Positions 58,287-64,000 of a stretch of 64,000 bases of DNA are shown here, piece by piece. A model generated the notes under the pieces. The model did no database searches, had not been told where the DNA came from, and saw nothing but the letters and a program-made list of their open reading frames with translations. The DNA comes from a phage, in the sequence record PV419677.1. One strand, given 5' to 3'. The translations under genes were made by a program, and so were the position numbers. Each line of letters starts with the position of its first letter. Position 1 is the stretch's first letter.

Positions 58287-58715
58287 TTATTTCATTTTTG
58301 CGAGGCAGATTTCATTGGCTTCCCATTGAGCTTGCTTAATAATAGCTTTTGATACAGGAACCTTTTGGCCATAAGTTTTTGACGTTGAGAGAACAATATA
58401 TTTGTTTGTCTCATTATGACAACCCCATGATTTTTCGCCATGAGTACCTTTAACTACAGCTGACACCTCAACAGAACAACCATCAGCTCCAATCTTGGTA
58501 TCCACAATCCATTCATTTCGCTTAATTGCTTCTTCCAATGTTGCCGCTTCCGCCATCCAGTGCGTTTCAGGGTCTATTTGTTCAATCTCACGAGTTAACG
58601 CAACTCCCAAGTCTTTTGCATATTTTTGTTGTTCAGGAGTTAATGAGTCATATAACTTTTTCATTTCTTTATCTTCAATATTCATAATATTTTCCTCAAG
58701 GGGCTTTCGCCCCAT
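58287..58715 (-). CDS. hypothetical protein
   Basis: 142 aa ORF; GC hairpin immediately upstream of its SD. Confidence 0.45.
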   Translation of the reverse strand: MGRKPLEENIMNIEDKEMKKLYDSLTPEQQKYAKDLGVALTREIEQIDPETHWMAEAATLEEAIKRNEWIVDTKIGADGCSVEVSAVVKGTHGEKSWGCHNETNKYIVLSTSKTYGQKVPVSKAIIKQAQWEANEICLAKMK

Positions 58716-58719
58716 TCAT

Positions 58720-59052
58720 TTAGATTTTGTTTTCCTGCACACCATAATAAAGTTCATCAGACACAATATCCAGGATGCGGCGAACATATTCATCATGGTA
58801 TTGGCAGTCAAAATCAAATGCAACAGTAGTTTCCGCTTTGCGAGTGAATTTAACTTGCACATTCAGGTGATTAACAACGTTAGTTAATTTATCAGTAAAG
58901 AACTCTTTTGCTACCGCCTGTTGGACTTGCACTTTAAACTTGGTGTTACGAATCATATTTTCAGCAGATGCGAAATTACCAGTTTTATCAAAGTCAACAA
59001 GTGCCAGGTTGATGATGAATTTCATTTTATTCTCCAGTGTTTTATTGTGCAA
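58720..59052 (-). CDS. hypothetical protein
   Basis: 110 aa ORF downstream of promoter 59066-59100. Confidence 0.45.
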   Translation of the reverse strand: MHNKTLENKMKFIINLALVDFDKTGNFASAENMIRNTKFKVQVQQAVAKEFFTDKLTNVVNHLNVQVKFTRKAETTVAFDFDCQYHDEYVRRILDIVSDELYYGVQENKI

Positions 59053-59065
59053 CTCAGTATGGAAT

Positions 59066-59100
59066 CATTATGCCTTAAAGCAGGGGGCTTGTATACCCCC
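59066..59100 (-). promoter_or_regulatory. T4-type early promoter
   Basis: TGTATA -35, CATAAT -10, GATTCCATACTGAGTTGC leader. Confidence 0.45.
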
Positions 59101-59107
59101 TTTTTAA

Positions 59108-59602
59108 TTAAATTTCAAATTCTTTGCGGAAGTTGGAAGCATAAGACTGAACTGATGCTTTGTTGAATCCAAACTCACGCACAATCATATCAATAACAGC
59201 TCTGCGAGCAGCACCATTAGACATATTAACAGTTTTGAACATATCATAGCATAAATCTTTGTTGCTCATACCGGAGCGTTTAGGTGCCTTACGTTCAGCT
59301 TTTGGTTCAGTCTTAGGAGTAGGTTTAACTTCTGGTTTAACCTGTCCATCATTCAGACCTTTAAAAATTTTACCTGCCAGTGTTGCCAGTTTAGCAGCTT
59401 CGCCACGAGTGATACCAAATACTGCCGGGTTAAATGAAATACCTTCAGCTGTCAGACGTTTGAAGAACATACGTGCAGCGGATTGTGCTTCAGCTTCAGA
59501 AGAGTTGTTTAATGCCAGTTTAACATACTTAACCAATTTTGAAGTTTTCATTTTATTATCCCGTTTGTTTATTTGGTAACTCAGTATGGGATAATTATAC
59601 AC
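59108..59602 (-). CDS. hypothetical protein, paralog pair member
   Basis: 164 aa; C-terminal GAARRAVIDMIV...QSYASNFRK shared with 59635-60141. Confidence 0.5.
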   Translation of the reverse strand: MYNYPILSYQINKRDNKMKTSKLVKYVKLALNNSSEAEAQSAARMFFKRLTAEGISFNPAVFGITRGEAAKLATLAGKIFKGLNDGQVKPEVKPTPKTEPKAERKAPKRSGMSNKDLCYDMFKTVNMSNGAARRAVIDMIVREFGFNKASVQSYASNFRKEFEI

Positions 59603-59634
59603 TATCCCACCTGGAAGTAAAACACTTTTCTCAA

Positions 59635-60141
59635 TTATTTTTGAGCTTTGCGGAAGTTGGAAGCATAAGACTGAACAACAGTCTTTTTGATATCATGGGT
59701 GTTAACCAGAACATCAATCAGAGCGCGACGAGCTGCACCATCTGCCATATCAATTTCTGCAAATGCCTGGAAGCAAATGTCACGAGCATTACCAGATTTG
59801 GACCGGATTTTTTCTTCTTTAACTTCTTCAATTGGGAATTCAATCATTTCAGCTTGGATTAATTCAATGATAGATTCTTTTGACTGTTTGGTGTTTACCT
59901 TCAGTTCAGAATTAAGGGACTTGGCAATGGCAACAATCTGGGTTGAAGTCAGATGAATAAGTGCATCTTCACGAATGCAGATTTCACATACTTCGTCAGC
60001 AACCATTTTGTTGGTGATGCGGGTAACAGAGAATGCAGAGGTCAGGGTCAGGAAGTTCATTTTATTTCTCCAAAGTTTTGTTTGATTCAGTGTGTAACTC
60101 AGTATGGAATCATTATGCACCCGGTCAATTCGGATGTACAC
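59635..60141 (-). CDS. hypothetical protein, paralog pair member
   Basis: 168 aa; C-terminal GAARRALIDVLV...QSYASNFRK. Confidence 0.5.
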   Translation of the reverse strand: MYIRIDRVHNDSILSYTLNQTKLWRNKMNFLTLTSAFSVTRITNKMVADEVCEICIREDALIHLTSTQIVAIAKSLNSELKVNTKQSKESIIELIQAEMIEFPIEEVKEEKIRSKSGNARDICFQAFAEIDMADGAARRALIDVLVNTHDIKKTVVQSYASNFRKAQK

Positions 60142-60148
60142 TACTTTT
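60112..60148 (-). promoter_or_regulatory. T4-type early promoter
   Basis: AAAAAGTAGTGTACA, 17-nt spacer, CATAAT, GATTCCATACTGAGTTACAC leader. Confidence 0.55.
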
Positions 60149-60188
60149 TGAAGAAAATTTCAAATTTATTCGGGGTATAAAAAAGCCC

Positions 60189-60217
60189 CAACCTTTCGGA
60201 AGGGGCTATGCCTTGCG
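60189..60217 (-). terminator. intrinsic terminator downstream of the tRNA region
   Basis: minus strand AGCCCC...GGGGCT hairpin followed by TTTTTT. Confidence 0.5.
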
Positions 60218-60269
60218 GCAACCTTGTCGGGGTTCCACCTGCTAAGGCAAGTGTTTGTACGAAACGCCG

Positions 60270-60360
60270 GGATTTGAACCCGGTTATTAAGTAGTTGACG
60301 CTACTCAATATTTTTAAAAGGCCATATCTCGACCATATCCGAACGTTCCGTCAAAAACGC
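60270..60360 (-). ncRNA. tRNA-like element (acceptor stem and T-arm only)
   Basis: 7-bp acceptor-like stem CGGAACG/CGTTTCG and T-arm CCGGG-TTCAAAT-CCCGG, but no canonical D or anticodon arm; internal 9-bp hairpin. Confidence 0.35.
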
Positions 60361-60599
60361 TGCTCGGCTTACGGCAAAGATATTCCCTCGAATCGATAAT
60401 TCTGTGCGCCGTTTCAGCTGTGATATAAGGGGACATCAACAAATCGTAAAGATTTATTAATGCCAGTCCTTAAACAGGGAACTTCAGTCCGACGACTTAC
60501 CGGTAGCGACCCGGTTTCTTGTTTGTTGCGCCGGTGAATGCTGATAATCAGTCTTCATACGACGGCTTGACTATATAATAGTCTTCATTTGGTATCCCG

Positions 60600-60674
60600 C
60601 CCTGGGATCGAACCAGGACCGCAAACTTAGAAGGATCGTATGCTATCCATTACACCAGCGGGACATAGTTGGTG
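60600..60674 (-). tRNA. tRNA-Arg (anticodon UCU)
   Basis: hand-folded cloverleaf: acceptor GTCCCGC/GCGGGAT, anticodon loop CTTCTAA, T-loop TTCGATC, encoded CCA. Confidence 0.75.
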
Positions 60675-60679
60675 ACCCA

Positions 60680-60756
60680 GACCAGATTTGAACTGGTAAC
60701 CTTTCCCTTATGAGGGGACTGCTGCTAACCATTGAGCTACAGGGCCTTAATTCTAT
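60680..60756 (-). tRNA. tRNA with anticodon CAU (Ile2 or Met type)
   Basis: hand-folded: acceptor GGCCCTG/CTGGGTC, anticodon loop CTCATAA, T-arm ACCAG-TTCAAAT-CTGGT, encoded CCA. Confidence 0.65.
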
Positions 60757-60845
60757 TATGAAAGGTTCTTTGAGGGAAGAACCTTTGGTAATAGAGGGTA
60801 CTTAATAATGATATAGTAATAATATCACATAATTCTTAAAGCATA

Positions 60846-61274
60846 TCAACCTTCATCAACAATAGTATGTGTATTGGCATTGACAATCTGCCACCAGTCA
60901 AAACGGTTGAAACCATAACAAGGCTTATTCTCGTTTTCTTTAATGATAACACGCAGTTCATCTTCGGTCGCAGCCTTTGCGATTAAGTCAGCATAACCGC
61001 CGCGAGGATAATAGTTATCACCTGCAAAAAGCAAAAAATTTGTTTTGATATTCTTGAATTCTTCAAGAGTAATAACTGTTCCACCAGGTTGAACAATATC
61101 TACATAACTATACCCTAATTTTTGAGCTTCATCTACCGCTTCAAGCAGGGTGTCATGTGCCCGCCCAATTTGACAATCTGGTTTTTCAGATGGATTTGCC
61201 TGATAATCCGCATACACTTTATACATTTTACTCACCTTTAGAGATTTTATCCATAACGAAAGAGATTGAACCAA
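60846..61274 (-). CDS. hypothetical protein
   Basis: 142 aa ORF. Confidence 0.5.
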   Translation of the reverse strand: MVQSLSLWIKSLKVSKMYKVYADYQANPSEKPDCQIGRAHDTLLEAVDEAQKLGYSYVDIVQPGGTVITLEEFKNIKTNFLLFAGDNYYPRGGYADLIAKAATEDELRVIIKENENKPCYGFNRFDWWQIVNANTHTIVDEG

Positions 61275-61413
61275 TTAAAAATGCAACTACTAAAGAGATT
61301 ATATTCTCAGAAGTTGAAAGCATATTCAACATAAAGCCAGCAAACATGCTAAAACCAAAAGCGGTAACAGCAACAAGGGCAGTAACATTTCTAATTAATT
61401 CACAACGTTTCAT
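61228..61413 (-). CDS. small membrane protein
   Basis: 61 aa, two hydrophobic helices. Confidence 0.35.
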   Translation of the reverse strand: MKRCELIRNVTALVAVTAFGFSMFAGFMLNMLSTSENIISLVVAFLIGSISFVMDKISKGE

Positions 61414-61470
61414 TTTATTCTCCTCAGTAGTTGATGGGATAATTATAATGCAGTTATCCCATCACGTACA

Positions 61471-61749
61471 CTAAATTTTTGTATATTGTCCAGCTTTAAC
61501 TTTTTTCAGTTCACGAGGGCTTACCGCATAAGTGAATGGAGCATTCCAGGAAGAACTGACTTTGTAACCTTTAGTCAACATCATTGCTGAAACTTTCTTG
61601 TTATCAGGACCGTTTTCGCCTTTAACAAGAAACAACTCAAATGCGCCACCATCAACCGGTTTGGCCTTAACCATCAGATGTCCTTTCAGGTCTTCCAGCA
61701 TGTCCGGGTGACTAATTGATTCGTTAATAAATTCTTGATAAGTTTTCAT
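61471..61749 (-). CDS. internal protein (IPI-like) with capsid targeting sequence
   Basis: 92 aa; N-terminal MKTYQEFINE; early promoter/leader motif upstream. Confidence 0.6.
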   Translation of the reverse strand: MKTYQEFINESISHPDMLEDLKGHLMVKAKPVDGGAFELFLVKGENGPDNKKVSAMMLTKGYKVSSSWNAPFTYAVSPRELKKVKAGQYTKI

Positions 61750-61804
61750 TAGTAGCTCCAGTAGTTGATGGGATAATTATACTGCAACTATCCCATCACG
61801 TACA

Positions 61805-62104
61805 TTACATTTTTGAACCACGAATTACGCCATAAGCGGCGAAGTCGTCAGTGATATTTTTAGGAGTGTTTTTACCCGTTTCAATGAAAGCAATGCTTGA
61901 TTTCTGACTAAAAGAGGTAATTTTGTTATAGTTAGAGTCAAGGAAGGTATAACCATTTTTACGCAGCTGGTCAAAGTCTTCAGCATCGCCTTTACCTTTG
62001 AAGTCAACCCATTTGTAGGTGTTTTTCTTCTGAAGGCCCAGAGGCCAGGTTTTTGCTTCCGCCAGGTAATTGTTTTCTACCAAAAATTCATGGAGCGTTT
62101 GCAT
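61805..62104 (-). CDS. internal protein-like (CTS variant)
   Basis: 99 aa; MQTLHEFLVEN; GDAEDF...RKNGYTF shared with 50245-50508. Confidence 0.55.
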   Translation of the reverse strand: MQTLHEFLVENNYLAEAKTWPLGLQKKNTYKWVDFKGKGDAEDFDQLRKNGYTFLDSNYNKITSFSQKSSIAFIETGKNTPKNITDDFAAYGVIRGSKM

Positions 62105-62112
62105 TTGAAATC

Positions 62113-62385
62113 CTATTTTAGATAAATTGCGTATTTTTTATAACCAGCTGTCTCATGACGGAGACCCTTGTCATTGGCAAAACGCTCAATGTTATTAATT
62201 TGGTTCTGGTCAAGTTCTGAAATGTCAAACGCGAAAAAGTTGCGTTTGTTGCCAATTGTTATATGGTCAGTTAAGTCAATGCTATACAGGTGATTGATAT
62301 TGTCAATCATAGCTTTGACTGCTTTACTAATTTTTACTTCTTCATTCAGTTGTGACTCGTTGAAAAATTCATTGAAAGTTTTCAT
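62113..62385 (-). CDS. internal protein-like (CTS)
   Basis: 90 aa; MKTFNEFFNES. Confidence 0.55.
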   Translation of the reverse strand: MKTFNEFFNESQLNEEVKISKAVKAMIDNINHLYSIDLTDHITIGNKRNFFAFDISELDQNQINNIERFANDKGLRHETAGYKKYAIYLK

Positions 62386-62393
62386 AAGAAACC

Positions 62394-62726
62394 TTATTTA
62401 TAAAGTTTTGCCAGTTCTTTACGTCCGCGAGCAGACATAATAAATTGTTCATCGCCAATTTTAAAATAAGCCATACCGCCGTCAACAGCGATACCAATTT
62501 CTTTAGTACCTTCTTTGCCTTTCCACTTGCCACCAGATTTCAGGACAGCTTCAACTGCAGCTTTGGAATATTTGGACGTTTGAAAACGTTCATTACCAAT
62601 CTGAAAGAAAACACCATCTGCATTTTTGGTTAAACCAAATTTCAGAGAGCCTTCACTATCATCAATTGATTTGGTCTCATTGATGGCGGATTCGGCTAAA
62701 AACTCGTTGTAAGTTTTGATGTTCAT
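62394..62726 (-). CDS. internal protein-like (CTS)
   Basis: start trimmed to ATG 62724-62726 (GGAG SD); MNIKTYNEFLAES. Confidence 0.55.
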   Translation of the reverse strand: MNIKTYNEFLAESAINETKSIDDSEGSLKFGLTKNADGVFFQIGNERFQTSKYSKAAVEAVLKSGGKWKGKEGTKEIGIAVDGGMAYFKIGDEQFIMSARGRKELAKLYK

Positions 62727-62789
62727 ATTAACTCCATTGTTCATTCGTTGGTGTAGGAACATAATACTGCACCTACACTTATTTGTACA

Positions 62790-63480
<691 letters not shown>

Positions 63481-63481
<1 letters not shown>

Positions 63482-64000
63482 TATATTACCTTATTAATTT
63501 TATCAAAAAGTTCTTCGAGTGTGCCATTGTTTTTAATAACAATGTCACTAGCTAGTGGTGGAAGTCCAGCTTCCGTAATGTGTGTATCAGTAGAATGATT
63601 TGCTTCATCGCGTTCTACAAAGATTATTGTAGCACCCATCGCCCGAAGCGAATCAAGTTCGTTCTTTTGACGAACATCTGGGACAACGTAATATTTATAT
63701 CCAGAATAGAGGTTGTCAAGATAATCGCACGCAAAAGTTTTAATCCAAAACATGCTGTCGAACTCTGTACAAACGATGTCAGTTCCAAGGGTCTGCATGA
63801 AACGTCTAACTGTCCAGGGCTCAACATTATTTAGTGTGTGAAATTCAATGATTTTACGAACCATATCTGGATTCGGAAGGTCAAGATTGTATTGTTGTTT
63901 CAACCATTCAAGAGCATCAACCAGAAGAATATAAGCTTCGGTGTTGTTCATTATCAAGGTTTTTTCACGGTCATAACCTTGTCCATCAAAATTTTCCAGG
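63481..64000 (-). CDS. 1: dNMP kinase gp1, partial (5' end beyond window)
   Basis: C-terminal region WxVRRxMQxLGTD...DTHITEAGLP matches remembered T4 gp1; frame open upstream of the listed Met to the window edge. Confidence 0.75.

Noticed and set aside
60270-60360. Canonical type II tRNA (Ser or Leu)
   Set aside because: No D-arm or anticodon arm can be folded; kept only as a tRNA-like element.

Overview
This window is a T4-like (Straboviridae/Tevenvirinae-type) phage early and replication region, almost entirely transcribed on the minus strand and syntenic with T4 from dexA/dda to 57A/57B/gene 1. Recognisable genes in window order: dexA, dda, a srd-position gene, modA/modB ADP-ribosyltransferases, soc, 56 (dCTPase), 61 (primase), a 61.x accessory cluster, 41, 40, uvsX, imm, 43 (DNA polymerase), regA, 62, 44, 45, rpbA, 46, 47, 55, a glutaredoxin-like gene, nrdG, nrdD, 49, nrdC, rI, tk, denV, e (lysozyme), nudE, two tRNAs plus a tRNA-like element, an internal-protein cluster, 57B (Acb1-like), 57A and the 3' part of gene 1. 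The most interesting locus is gene 43: it is split into 43A and 43B by a free-standing GIY-YIG homing endonuclease gene, and 43B is further interrupted inside polymerase motif B by a 231-nt ORF-less element with group I intron hallmarks. Two more homing endonuclease genes (a seg-like GIY-YIG between 45 and 44, and an opposite-strand HNH with a triplicated zinc finger) sit in the replication module. Other accessory candidates are a tandem family of five small genes ending in W-x-SSS-x-EC, a PARP-like H-G-S motif protein next to a Dmd-like gene in the 61.x cluster, a nucleotidyltransferase-motif protein, and a TARG1-like macro domain protein. The alpha-gt, beta-gt and gene 42 slots are empty here. 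All calls are from reading the sequence and ORF translations against remembered T4 proteins; no database search was run, and many ORF-track starts appear over-extended and were trimmed where an ATG with a Shine-Dalgarno was evident.
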